Assembly (NCBI GenBank): GCA_965178125.1
Contig: OZ237766.1
Location: 558,001 to 622,000, forward strand
Origin: Bilabrum cf. latius
Lineage: Eukaryota
Length of the DNA: 64,000 nucleotides
Reading direction: 5' to 3'
Shown here: one piece after another, positions 48,627 through 61,114 of the stretch
How positions within the stretch are numbered: the stretch's first letter is position 1
Layout: the number at the start of each line of letters is the position of its first letter
Position numbers and translations under genes: made by a program
The notes under the pieces: model-generated
The model's database searches: none
The model's input: only the letters and a program-made list of their open reading frames with translations
What the model was told of the DNA's origin: nothing

Positions 48627-51521
48627 ATGAGTTCTTCTATCGTACAGCTTCCCGAGGGATGGACGCTACACACTAGCTCAAAGTCAGGCCGGCGATATGT
48701 GTTCAATAGCAACACTGGGACTTCAATATGGCTCATCGGGCAGTCTGACCGGGCTGTCATCGGCTCCCGTGAAGTCGGTATTGAGACGGCATGCGCTGAG
48801 CTTCTGCAGAAGAAATTGCCGCCAAAGCAAGAAAGCAAGCAGCCAGCTGTAGCCGCCAATAATCTAGCCCCTGCCTTTCCTCTTGGACATATTGGCCGGT
48901 TGAGCCGGCGCATTGCTGAGTTATGGATGATGGGGTCGTGTGAAGGTGCGATGGCTCAAATGCTGCACCCCACGGATAGGAACGGCATAAAAAACCCGAC
49001 TAGTGAAGCAGTTTAGTGCTGGGATAAGTACCATTCAAAGGAGAGCACGCTACTAGATGAGCTTCGCGCTATCTTTGAGAAGCATGGTATGCTGTTCGAT
49101 GCCAGCAGGCAGAGGCTGGTTCCTGCCACTCGCGGTCTGGACAAACCGCCACCGAACATATTCTGGACTTTTATACCGCATGCAGCCAGAGTGATTGGGG
49201 CGGAGCCCCCGAATTGGAGGTGGGAAGAATGCACGAGGCAAGCCGACTCTCAGCTGCGTCCGTTCCACGTGCCCTCGTCTCGCGAAGAAATGCATGCTCG
49301 CATGCAACTGGAGGGCAGATCGAAGCAGCAGGGGGAGCGTTAGTCTACCACGCCTGACCTCGGCCTATCAGGTGGCGCGATAGAGCCTGCCCGTCGAGCA
49401 CTGTACGACTAGAGCATCGCACAGACCAGCATGGACTCATTCGTAGACGCTCAGTGGCCCGTCCCCCAACAGGTCAATGAGGCGGTGCGCAGCTACGTGC
49501 ACCAGATCATATCGCCGGAGACGGCGAGACATTCCCAGACCACCGATATTCTGCGGGGGGCGCTGCCCGTCCGCTGCATGGGAGCAGTCCCCACCCGAAC
49601 TGTCGTGGTGGGTGCTGGCAGCTGCCCACCCGTGAGTGTGCGACACGGGGAACGAAACCAGGCGCAGGGGAAAGGAGCACCGGGGAGTGGGTCAATGGAA
49701 CGTCCCGATCGATCCAAGAATTCAGTGGTCAATGTGCCGGTTGATGTTTCCGCCCGTACCGGCGTTCCGTTCGGGGCAGCCATCAACGCCGCCATTCAAA
49801 GCGCCCTCAGCAACGCATCCGCTCGTCATGCAGCCGTGGATCTGGTGCTGCTAGATCTGGAGCAGCCGACCGGTCGCAAGGAAACGGTCGAATTGGACCC
49901 GATGGTTCCCAGCCAGCCGCTTATGCTCGGCCCCTACCTGTTCGCCATGTCTCCAGCCCAGCTTAGGCACTGCAACGGCGTCAGCAGAACCGCTCGCAAT
50001 GGAGGGGAAGCGGCCCAGTCGCTGCTCGCTCGGATCTCAGCCACCATGGGCGTGGTAACAACGCCCGCGGGAGCCCCTGCCCTGCAGCCCATCGCCCCTG
50101 ACCAGGACTTCTGGCGCAACGGGCTCGCGGATCACGCTGCCGACCCCAGGCTGAGGGACGGCCGTATCGTACCGGCGATTCCGCTGGAACACCGCAACGC
50201 CCCGCTGGTCTCGCATGGCTGGCTCAGCTCGGACACCAAGAGCATGCTTGCGGCAGCGGTAGCAGTGGCTGACTCGAACGTCGTGCTGGAGCTGGGTGCC
50301 TGGTATGGACTGTCCACCCGTCACATGCTGCGCATTCGTGCTGACGTGGAGATATGGTCTGCAGACTGGTACAAGGCCCCTGCAATGATCAACTACCGCC
50401 TGAGTCGGCTGACACCGTCGGACAAGTTGTTCTTCAACCATCCCAGGATGGACTGCTTCCTGGCCGGGGTCTCTGCCACCATGGCTGAGCAGCAGCAGCA
50501 AGTCCTACCCTCGCCGAAATCAACGTCGTCCCATGCAGCTGCGGTTTCTTCCTCTTCGTCTTCATCGCTGCTTGGAGCCTCAGGAGCGAGTGCTGGTGGA
50601 GCGACCGCGCAAGAGGCCCCGCGCCAGGCGGTTATGGCCATGAAGATGGACGCAAACGAGGCAATTCGTCACGCGAGCCGGATTGGCATCAAGCCTGGGG
50701 TCGTGTTCATCGACTGCGAGAAGAAGACTGGTCCTCTCATTGGGATGCTGCGGGCAATCCGCTCGTCCTTCCCCGACGCGATCATCGTGGGGGACGACTA
50801 CATATACCCTTCCGTCCGGAAGGCCGTGGCGGCAGTCGTTGGAACTAGGGCTGTCGCGGGGGAGGAAGCCTACTGCATCGCGCCTCCGGGCCTGGTCGGC
50901 GCGTTCAAGGCACAGTGGAAGCTGGACGAGGCTGCATGCAGGCCCAGTGCCGCGCACCTGGCGTGCAAGGACAAGCTTGAGGTGAAGCGCGGGCGGCCGG
51001 ACGCGGCAGCGGCAGTTGCTATGCTGCCGGGCCTCGTTAGATCGTCTTGCTGGAGCCAGGCAGCGGCGGCAATATCTGGTGCGGGCCCGGGCTCGGCCGA
51101 CGCAGAGTCGACCAAGGCGATTGGAGCTTCAGACGATGAGGGCGGACTCGGAAGCAAGCGATCCCGCTAGCCTATGGCTGCTTCCGGCGCAGAAGGGGAG
51201 CACGGCGGCGGGGCAGGGAAGGGAACGGCGGAGACAGAGCACGAGCCCGCTCTGAAGAGGTCTCGAACAGACGCAGCGGCAAGCGGTGAAGGCAAGGAAG
51301 GAAGCGATTCCCAGCTGAGCGAAGATGCCCTCTCCGTGTTCTTGCCGGGGTCCCTGGCCCGGTCTGCGATGCACTGCATTGCAGAGAGCAGGGACATAGC
51401 TGCGCTGGTCGAGAACTGGGGCCGCCTGTTCAAGCCCTTGCCGCGCTGCAAAGTGCCGGTACTCAACGCGGCTCTTCTATCCCCGTTAGACTATTTGTCG
51501 CACCACGTCAAGTTTGGTTGA
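48627..51521 (+). CDS. WW-domain + SAM-dependent methyltransferase protein (copy 2)
   Basis: Same structure and the same four TAG positions as 6310-9204. TGA stop. Confidence 0.85.
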
Positions 51522-52307
51522 AAAGCAGCCTGCGATCTGCTCCCAAGGCTTACACGACTCACTAGTGATGAGTTGTTTTTTCCAAGGTGTTCATAAAATG
51601 TGGTGGTCGTTCCAGAGCACCAGGGGGCATATGATATTTTATTGAAGAAAGTCGCATCATTAGCAATAAGCTGTGGCATCAATGATCCGAATTCAATAGA
51701 CTAATCATAATCACTTTCAAAACCTTGCCTCGGAGCTCTAATTAAGACTTCCGAGCCCACTTAACATAGTTCTGAAATACTTGGACCCCGTCGCAGTGGG
51801 GTTGTGGGGCAATTTAAAGCTCTTGGAGCATCGGGCTCGATGGCTTCACGATCGGCATCCCAGCTCCTTTCCAATTCCAGCTTTGATCAAGCTGTTGCCA
51901 GCTTGATTTCCACCGGAGGTCTCGTATGCTCTCCAACACTGGCCAGACGAGAGCTCCGTGAGCTCCGCTGGTTGAAGTAATCAGTTTAGCCGAGTCATGG
52001 GCATCATCTGCCACCGCCATGAGGCCCGTTTCGCTGCACACTGCCAGCCTCTTTGCAAGCCGTTCCCTTACTGCATTTCAGGCTACTGATGTGGACCGGA
52101 TGGGCCTCTGAAGCGACACCAAAGCCAAAAAAGGCAATACAAATTTGAATTCGCAGGGTCGTTGACGTCGTAGTCTGCAGGGTATACATCAGGCGAGACG
52201 TCTGGCCACTCCCACTCAGTCGCGTCGTCTTTGCTGCCTGCCAGGCCGCCACTCCCCTTGTTCACCTCGCCCTAGTGGTCCGACCCATCTCTCCTGTGAT
52301 CCCATCC

Positions 52308-54721
52308 TCAAAAATTGCTCCCCGTGCGCCTGTTTGCGCCCCCGCCCCCCTTCGGCGGCACCCGCCGGCGAGCGCGCAGCACTGACGACACCCGAGCCGG
52401 GTCCTCGCCCGCCCCCGCCCCCTCCCCCTCCCCCTCCCCCCTCTCTCTGCCGCCACTGATATCCCGTCCTGTTCCCTAGTCCTAGTCCTAGTCCAGCTGC
52501 GGCCCGTCGCTGCCACCGTGCCCCCTGCTGGCCGAGAGGAGGTGCCAATACGCCGCGCACCGCTGCTGCACCTCCTCAGGAGGACCGATCCCGTCTTTGG
52601 CCACCCTGCCGCCGGACAGGCACACCACCTGGTCTGCCACCTGGGCCGCCTGCTGGATGTGGTGCGAAATCAGCACCACCGTGCGATGATTCTCGACAGC
52701 CTCCCTTCTCAGCTGCTGCAGCATCTCGGCTGCATCGGGCGCGTCATAGCTTGCGTCAGGCTCATCCACCACCAGAACAGGGGCGTTGGACAGCAGCAGC
52801 CGAGCGAAGGCCAGCCTCCCTGCCTCCCCTCCAGACAACTTCACCCCGGTCGGGCCCATGAGGGTGCCCCACCCCTGCGGCCAGCTGGCGCTCACGTCCC
52901 CCAGACCCACCTCGTCTGCCAGCCGTGCCGCTTCGTCCTCCACGAGGTCGGCGCTGGCCAAGCGAAGGTTCTCTAGTGCAGTTGCAACCAGCACGTGGGC
53001 GTGCTGCGGTGCAGACGCGATCAGGCGCCGCGCATCCATCAGCGGAACCTACCTGGTGTCGATCCCCCCCACCCTCACCGCCCCCTCCTGGGGGCATCGC
53101 ATCCCGCTCAGCAGCCCAATGAGCGTGCTCTTGCCTGCCCCGTTGCCCCCGCACACAAGGGTCACCGTCCCGGGCTCGCACCGGAAAGACACGCCCAGCA
53201 CTCCCCGCTCGCCCTATACGGACTCGGAGTCACCTTGGTTGTTCCCTGTGCGATGCACGAACCGCGCAGCCTCCACCTCAAGCACGACACCACCCTGTTC
53301 GCCACCCCCTTGCATCGTCTTCTCCGCTCTTCCCCCGCTCCTCATCCTCCTCGTCTACATGCCCTGCACCAGGCCCCGCACTCGCCTGGCTGCAGCCCCG
53401 TCAGGATCCATGTCGGGACAGCGGGCGCAATGGTCCGTGCCAGGGCCAAGGCGCAGTGTGACGAGTGCACCCTGCGAACCATCCTGCTCCTTCCTCATCT
53501 CCTCTCCACCTTCCTCCTCGTCCTTCTTGTTCTTCTTTCGGCCATCCAGGGGTTGATCCGATCCACCGGTGGACTCGGCCTGCCTTCCCCCCTGCACCTG
53601 CCTGCCCTCCTCCAGCATACCGTGGAGGTGCTGCAGCACGCCCATCTGCGCCCCCGCCCCCGCAATGGCCCTCCTGACCCTTCCCATGGGCACGAACAGC
53701 CGGTCCACGTTCCCCCACAGAGCAGAGCAGTCCCCCACGGTCATATCCCCTGCCAGCACTCGAGCCCCCGCCATGTACACGCAGGCCAGCAAAGTGCCCG
53801 CGTGCACCATCTGCTGCATGGTGGCAGATACCTGCGTGGCCGTCCAACCGGCTGCCTTCGCCTCCTGTTGCTTCCTGAAGGCAGCCCCCACCCGAGCCCT
53901 CACCTGATCCTCCCCGCACAGGCCCTTGATGGTGGCCGCACCCTGGACAGCGTCTGTCAGCAGCTGGGCCTGCCCCACTGAACGGGTGAGCCAGCGGCTC
54001 TTCATAACCTGCTCAGCCTGCGCACCTAGGTGCAGGACCAGCCCATCGGCCAGCACGCCCAGCAGGATGGCCCCGGCCACGTTGGGGAGCCGGTAGCGGA
54101 CGAGCACACGGTAGCACGTGTACACGACGCCCCCAACTGCAGGCAGGACCGTCCAAAGCGTCGAGTCAACGATGCGGTATCCAGCTGGCAGTGCGCGAGT
54201 GACGGTGGTCGCCACGTGACCTGCTTTCCTGGATTCCAGCCAGTCCGCATCGGACGCGAGGATCCGGTCCAGCAGCTTGCCACCGATGCCCTCTTCGACG
54301 ACCAGACGGGCGCGGTACTGCAGGTAGTACCTCAGCTCATCGCACCCTCGCACCAGCACTATACAAAGTCCGTACCAAGCGAATACGCTGGCAAATTCGC
54401 TGTACCTGGCAGCTGCATCTGTGCTGCAGTCCTTGTTGTTGCAGAGGACGGTGCTCGCTAAGATGTCCAAAGCCTGCCCCCTGAGGACCGGCGCATAAAA
54501 CCTAGAAGCGTACGATGCGATCAGGCATATCCAGACAGATACAATGTATGCTGCAGACTCCTGCAAGACGAAAGTTAAGCAGGTGCAGCATTCTGATTCA
54601 TTCAAGAAGCATGCATGCACTCGGAACCACCTAGGCCTACGCCCAGGCTAGCGGTACTCACAACTGTGCTCGGCAAAGCATAGGGCTGGACAAACTCCCA
54701 CACAAAGAGCCATGGGACCAT
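52308..54721 (-). CDS. ABCB-type half ABC transporter, intact copy; exons 54721-54662 and 54560-52308
   Basis: Intron GTGAGT...CTTAAC...TTGCAG (54661-54561). TMD then NBD with Walker A GGNGAGKST, LSGGE, VLVVDE and ISHH. Three TAGs lie between the TMD and the Q-loop. TGA at 52308. Confidence 0.85.
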
Positions 54722-54897
54722 TTACGGTTAAAGCAAAGTATTTTTGTCTGTAGACCTAACAGCTAGGGTACGCCGCGGCAACGGTACGAACGCGAGGATA
54801 TGGACCACGTGCGGCCGTGTCCAGCCGTCACAACAAAACCTATCGAAAGTTCAACAAAGTTCTTCATCAACTTCCGGATCCAATCACTGCGCGCCTG

Positions 54898-55030
54898 TCC
54901 CTACGTTCGCCCGTTTGGCCTTCGCTACAGCCCTCATCGATCCCTTCGAGACAAAATCGAGGATCTCTGAGTGGTCCTGCATGACTTGTAAGTGCATAGA
55001 GTGGAATATACGGTGTTCCCCGCGAACATG
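54898..55030 (-). mobile_element. Fragment of LINE family A
   Basis: Matches 15550-15680 and 17545-17665. Confidence 0.65.
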
Positions 55031-55113
55031 GCCGGGAGTCCTGACGTGTAGCGTGTGTTTTTCGAAAACCAGATACCCACCAGTCACCTCAGAAACGTGC
55101 TGGAAAGGTATCG

Positions 55114-58100
55114 ATGGCAGCCCCCGAGGATGAAGCATCCTGTGTATCGCGGGTCTTCTATTTTTGGGTATGGGACCACGTTGTCTCGCCGGCATTCTCC
55201 CGGGGAAGTCTGCGTGCTCGAGATCTGCCCGTACAGTCACGACGAGACAGTGCCGGCCAAATTAGGAGATCCTTTGAAGAAAGAATCGATACTTTAGGCA
55301 AAGACGACAGCCTATTCCTCATTCTCTTATAGCTTCACTGGTACAACATATCATTGTCTGGATTGTTGTGTCTGCTTTGGCTTTGTGTTTCGTGGAGTAT
55401 TCCATTTATGTTGGAATCCTTGCTATAGTCCATCGAATGCTCACAAAAATGTTCAGAAGGAGAAATGTGGGCTATGGCTGTGTGTCTATGGCTAGGATCG
55501 AGCGCACAGAGTCTTCTAGCTCAACATTTTTGGACGTTCGGAGAAAGAGCGGGAAAGCACATACAAATGCAATTGCAGCACGCTGTTCTAAAGATGTCGA
55601 TCGGAACATCTCCGATTCAATAGTAGCATACAGGCACAACTGGATTTCCTTCTCCCGTAACGTCAGAGGCAAGTTCCGGCAAAAACTCAACACCGACTGC
55701 TGATCCCGTGACGCTGCTGACTTCAGACTGTACAATGATTTCAGACAAGAACATCCTTCCATTCTTGCATTGGACTACATGGTGTTGCCTCTTTGACCTG
55801 GTCTTCTCGCTATACAACTGCTACCGGCTGCTGGGCTGGCCCTCATTGCTCGGAATCGGCGCGATCATGTTGGTGGTACCGCTGGCAGCGTGGCTGCTGC
55901 GCTGCTCCGTGCAGCAGTTGAAGGCCATACAGGCCGAGCGTGACGCCCGTTCTGCCTTCACAAAGGCAGTCCTCACCAACTGGCGCTCCTTCAGGGCTGC
56001 AGGTGCCCTTGACATGCTGATCCCCAAGGTCGCGGCTCATGCTTCAGCAGCGATAGATCTTGGCCGTCAAAGAAGTCCAAATTCGAAACCTAGTTGGGGA
56101 TTTCGTAGCGGTTTCGAGTGGGCACAAAATCTATCAATTGCATCCCCGTGGTCTTGGAGCCCTGAAGACGTTCTAGGAGACCAGTCGGCCTCTTTGGACG
56201 GAAGGTTCTTCTCTGGGCTGCTCTCAGCGAGGGCTATTGAGGAGGCCCCCCTGACCAGCTGGATGGCGCTATACGTAGCTTCCCGCACGCTAACCATGTT
56301 CGGGTAGGTGGCTCTGATATCTGCGTCTATCGCATCCTACGCTCTGCTGGGGCACAACGTGCTGCGAGCCAGCGTGGTGTTCCCGGCCATGTCCTGGCTG
56401 AGCCGCGTCGAGCTGCCTCTCCTCATTTCACCGAAGGGGATCTAGAGCATCCTGGCGTACAAGGTATCCGTCGATCGTATTTAGGCGTACATCTAGACTA
56501 TGGGTGGAGTGAATGGAAGCGCTGGAAGTCAGGAGCATGGAGCAGGCCTCGCGAGAGTGGAAACCAAGCAGAATCTGACCGGTGACGCGGCTCTGGAGCT
56601 TGTCGCTGCATCATTCGGTACGACAAACACGAAAACGAGAGAGAATAGCAAGGCCAAGGACAGCAACGAATATCACACTTCCGGGGGGCGGTAGGTGCTA
56701 CGGTCCGTGACTTTGCAGGCCCGAGCCGGGCTCACCGTGGTCTCTGGCCGCATTGGCTCGGGCAAGACCGCTCTGGTCTCTGCTGCCATGGGCTCCCTCC
56801 AGTGCACAGGGGGCACTGTCATCGTGCGCGCGCGCGTTCGTGCCGTGATGCAGCAGTCCCCCTGGATCATGCGGCGGTCCATCCTGCGGAATGTGAGGTT
56901 CACCACCGAAGCGTGCCTCCTCCCTCGGGCCATGGTCTGGCGGGCCCTGGAGCTCTGCTGCCTGGCTAAAGACATCAGGGCATTGCCCAAGGGCTTGGAC
57001 TCGGCCATTGGTGAAAGGGGTACAAACCTATCAGGGGGGCAGCGGGCCCGACTGGCATTGGCTCGCACGCTGTGCCACTGCTGGGCGCGGGCAGACACCA
57101 GCGCGCCCGTCTCCCGGCAGCTGGAGGGTCACCTGGTGCTACTGGACGATCCCTTGACTGCGTGCGACGCCATCACGAGGCAGGCGCTGCTGCGAGGGGC
57201 AATCATGGACCTGGCCTCTAGGGGTGCTGCCGTGCTGCTGACCACGGGCGATCCCTAGACGGTGCTGCAGGCGAGGGAGGTGCAGCCGGTGCTGGCCGGG
57301 CACTTTGTGATGGAGGAGGGTGGGGTGATGGATGGGGTGGATAAGAGATAGCTTTGGCAGGGATAGGAAACAAATAACGTAGAAGGGCATGGACGTAAAT
57401 AGACAGATGGCGTTGGATCGGTCGAGGTGCCTGGTCATGTGCTAGGAGGTGAGGACGGCAATGTGCCTATGAAGGCAGAAGTAGTTCGTCCACCAGGCCA
57501 GCTTTTCAATCTAGGCGACTTCGCATCTGAAAGGAAAATCGTGCAAGCTGCAGAGTGTGCAGATATCGCAGTGCCCGCATAGGTCCCGCCACTGCTCGCC
57601 GATGTGTCCACCCGAGTGAACAGCGAGGCGGGGGCTGTCTCCGTCGGTGCAGATGTGAGGGACGTTGAGGAGCAACTGGAAGAGCTGATGGATTAGGCGG
57701 ATGCTGATGCAGGTAAAAATGGTGCAGTGAGCCTCGAGACGGTAGGTGCATACATTTGCTCTTGCGGTCCCGCCCCCATCGTGTTTTTGATCTGCCTGCT
57801 GTCCGTGCTGAATCCTTTCCTGTAGGGGGTGGGGTCCTCCTTCTGGCTGTCCAAGTGGGTCTCCTACTCGGAATCGCACGGGGAACACGCGGACAAAGGC
57901 ACGCTGGACATGTACGCCTGGGTCTTCGTGGGACTGGGAGTGCTCGACATTTTGCTGGTGTGCACCCGTCTCTTCGCCACCCTCATGGGTGGCCTCACCG
58001 CGTCCTCGTCCATCCACGACAGGGCCGTGGCATCCGTGGTGGCGGCCCCTGCCTCCATCCTCGATGCACTCCCCCTGGGCCAAGTGGCCAATCGATTCAT

Positions 58101-60477
58101 CAAGGACCAGCAGGGGCTCGATATGCAGCTTCGGCCTGCCATCTCCGACCTAGTCTCCTCGGCCACACAGCTCGTGTCCATAGGGGCGGCCATATGCACC
58201 ACCTCACCGTGGATCCTCTTGGGCATCGTGGGGCTGGCGTACCCCTACTGGCTCGCGGGAGACAGACTCAGGGTATCGGCCCGAGCCCTGCAGCGCCTCA
58301 AGGGGGGCACCCGGGCCCCGATGACGGCCCACCTCACAGAGGCGTGCTCGGGGGCACAGCTCATCCGCGCGCATGGGCCCGCTTCCAGCGCCTTCATCGT
58401 CAGGGAACACGGGCGAATGTCGGAGCTGTACATGAGTGCCGACCTGACCCGCATGTGGGTCAACCAGTGGGCGGCCCTCTGGTTGGAGCAGTTCGGCTGC
58501 GCGCTGGTGCTGTGCGCTGCCTTGCTGGCTGTGGGCGAGGCGCACAGGGGAAGCGCGGTGGCGAGCACGATCGGTTTCTCGCTCACCTACGCGCTCAATC
58601 TGCCTGGCGTGCTCATGTGGCTCACTCGGAATACCGCTGCCGTTGAGATGAACATGGTCGCTGCCGAGCGCATGCTGGCCATCGCTGACCTACCAGTGGA
58701 GGAGGCCCGCAAGCCGGCCTCCCTTCAGTCTGAGCAGTTCCGCAGGGCAGTTGTTGATCCCTAGCTGGTGCGCACCAGGGTGTAGGCACTGGCGTCAGCG
58801 GGAGTGATCTCCTCTATCACACTCCCCAATGTCGATCCTAGGACGGGAGTCTCCGCCGGAGTGCAGCAGGTCCCCCGCCGGGTGGTGCTCCACCCCGAGT
58901 GGGTGAAGCAGAGGAGCGTAGTAGACGGCGGTGGGGTGCGGGTCGGGGGCGAGGCTGGGGAACATCGCGGATACGATGCGCCCGGCATGGCATTGGCTGC
59001 TGATGATGAGTACGGGAGGGCGGGGCGGCTGCGGGCTCTGTATCCAGAGGAAGGGGCTGGGCTGGATGTGGTGTTTGACGGGATCTGGCTGCGGTACAGT
59101 CCCTTTAGCGGAGACCTCGGTGTGCTCAATCGAGACGCAGGATAGCAAAAGAAGAAGAAGTAGAATAAAACGGCTGGACAGCACGGAGGCAAGTAGGCAT
59201 CAGGAACACTCATGCAATCGTCTTAGGAGCTCACTGGCGCTGCCGCTCCCTTGTTGGGAGCTGCCGATTCTCCTATGGATGAGTCGCTCCAGGACGAGGA
59301 CCAGGGCGTGCTAGCCCTGAGGGGGGTGAGTCTGGCCATCCCAGCGGGGTGCAAGGTGGCGGTGGTGGGCCGCAGCGGGGCAGGGAAGAGCACGCTCGCA
59401 TCCTGCCTGTGCGCCCTATACGAACACCAGGGGCAGGTGCGGGTGGGCGGCTCGGATGTGCGGGACCTGGGGCGGGTGGGTATCCAGAGGCACTGCACTG
59501 CGGTGGTGCAGGGCGACGCGGTGACACCCGGTCTGACTCTCCTGGAGAACGTGCTGGGGCCCCGCCTGCTGGCGGAGGGGTGCGCTCGGGCCGCCCGACT
59601 GGAGGGGATTCGAAGGCACGAGATGGCGCGGGGGGGAGGGTATGAGGGGGCGATGAGGGGGCACGTGGTGGTGGAGGGGGGGATGGGGATGGGGCCACAG
59701 AATCGGATCAACGAGATTCGCAGGAGGCGGGGGCTGGGTAAGCTGCCCGCGTAGGTCGAGCCCGGCGTGGGTGATGGCAGGGAAGAGGCTCCACTCCTGC
59801 AGCTGGGGCTGGCTGCACTGGAGGCAGTGGGGTTCTTCGCTTCCATCGGGCTCGCAGGTGCCTCGGACGACCGCAAGAAAAGGGCCTTGCGACTCCCCGT
59901 GGACAAGGACAAGCCCCTCACTGAGGTGTTCACGAGGAGGCAGCAAGCCACCGGGGAGGGAGACGACTTGTGCTGCGTGCCAGCTTGCTGTCCCTCGACA
60001 GGGACTTGTACAGGGAGCTTCCAGCAGTAGTCTCGGCGGGGGTGTCTAGCCACAGGTGAACTCGACCACACCCACCCGGACTCCCCCGGGCGAGATGTGG
60101 CCTCCAGCCCTAAGGCCCTGCACCTGTCTGCAGGACAAAGGGAGCTCGTGGCAGTGGCCCGCGCACTCGTCAGGAGAAGGCCGGTGCTGCTGCTGGACGA
60201 GGCGGCGGCGGCGGCGGATGCCACGTCAGCGGATTCGGTGCACCGGGCCGTGATGCGGGGTGGTGCTACCGTAATCACGATCTGCCACCGCCTGCAGCAC
60301 ATCGGGGACTTCGATGCGGTGGTCGTCATGGACCAGGGGCGCGTGGTAGAGGCGGGGCCCCCGGGTGATTTGCTTGCCAATGAAACGGGCTGGCTTTCGG
60401 AACTTGTGACGGAGTGGAGGTTTGTGACTAGTAGTTTGGATGGGGAGGCCAGGCCCTCTCGTGAGTAGACCTCCTGA
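55114..60477 (+). CDS. ABCC (MRP-like) full ABC transporter, 1787 aa, single exon
   Basis: Nine track ORFs (55114...60097) are in one frame joined by TAG. Motifs: PEDEASCVSRVFYFW, GRIGSGKT, IGERGTNLSGGQRARLALAR, VLLDDPL, FWLSKW, VEMNMVAAER, GRSGAGKST, LSAGQRELVAVAR, LLLDEA, ITICHRL. TGA at 60475. Confidence 0.92.
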
Positions 60478-60819
60478 CCGGGGCAGCGACAGGATCATGA
60501 TATCTCTGTGGTTGATGTTTCATCAATAGACTATTCTGCATGAAAGGCACGGACAGGCATAGCCCAAGGCAAGCTTGGTCACATTGAACGGAAGTAAAAA
60601 GTAAAAAAGAGTGGTCTTTGTTCCAGCAATCTGGACTTAGATGTGTTCCGTTGATAGGATTACAGGGAATACTATTCTGACTTCAGAGAGCAGCCTATCC
60701 GACAATGACCGACAGACTTTGAGTTGACACAAATCTTACTACATAGCGATTTCACACTACTGGTTAGATTTTTGAGCGTCGCACTCTTTGACGAGAAATT
60801 TAACCAGGCGGATCCGGCC

Positions 60820-61027
60820 GAAATACAGAAATACAGAAATACATTGTTGGGTTAAGTTACCGAACCCGCCACAGATGCACCATATCTCAGGTGATCACCT
60901 GCAGCGGTAGGAGCCCTCATAAGAGGACTACAAGACCCCCGACCCTTTCAGACCAAAGGCCCCCCATATACCGGCCCTGATGTTGGGACCTCCCTTTGTC
61001 GCCTTCAAGCCCTCCTTCGCAGCAGTC
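60820..61027 (-). mobile_element. Diverged 3' end of retroelement family B
   Basis: GAAATACAGAAATACAGAAATACATTGTTGGG and GGACTACAAGACCCCCGACCCTTTCAG are shared with 46705-46860. Confidence 0.75.
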
Positions 61028-61114
61028 CCGGAGCCTTTATTTCGGCCGTCGATCGGTAGGAGTAGCGTGCAGGTTTGGGAATATCAGATTACCACTGGTG
61101 GCACCAAACGCACC

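Larger units (their letters stand above)
48581..55030 (+). repeat. Direct segmental duplication, copy 2
   Basis: Near-identical to 6264-12546; lacks the equivalents of 12547-13857 and 13900-15549. Confidence 0.92.

Noticed and set aside
55114-60477. Pyrrolysine or programmed leaky readthrough at TAG
   Set aside because: The context is eukaryotic, there are many TAGs per gene including adjacent ones (55621-55626), and there is no shared downstream context. This fits full reassignment better.
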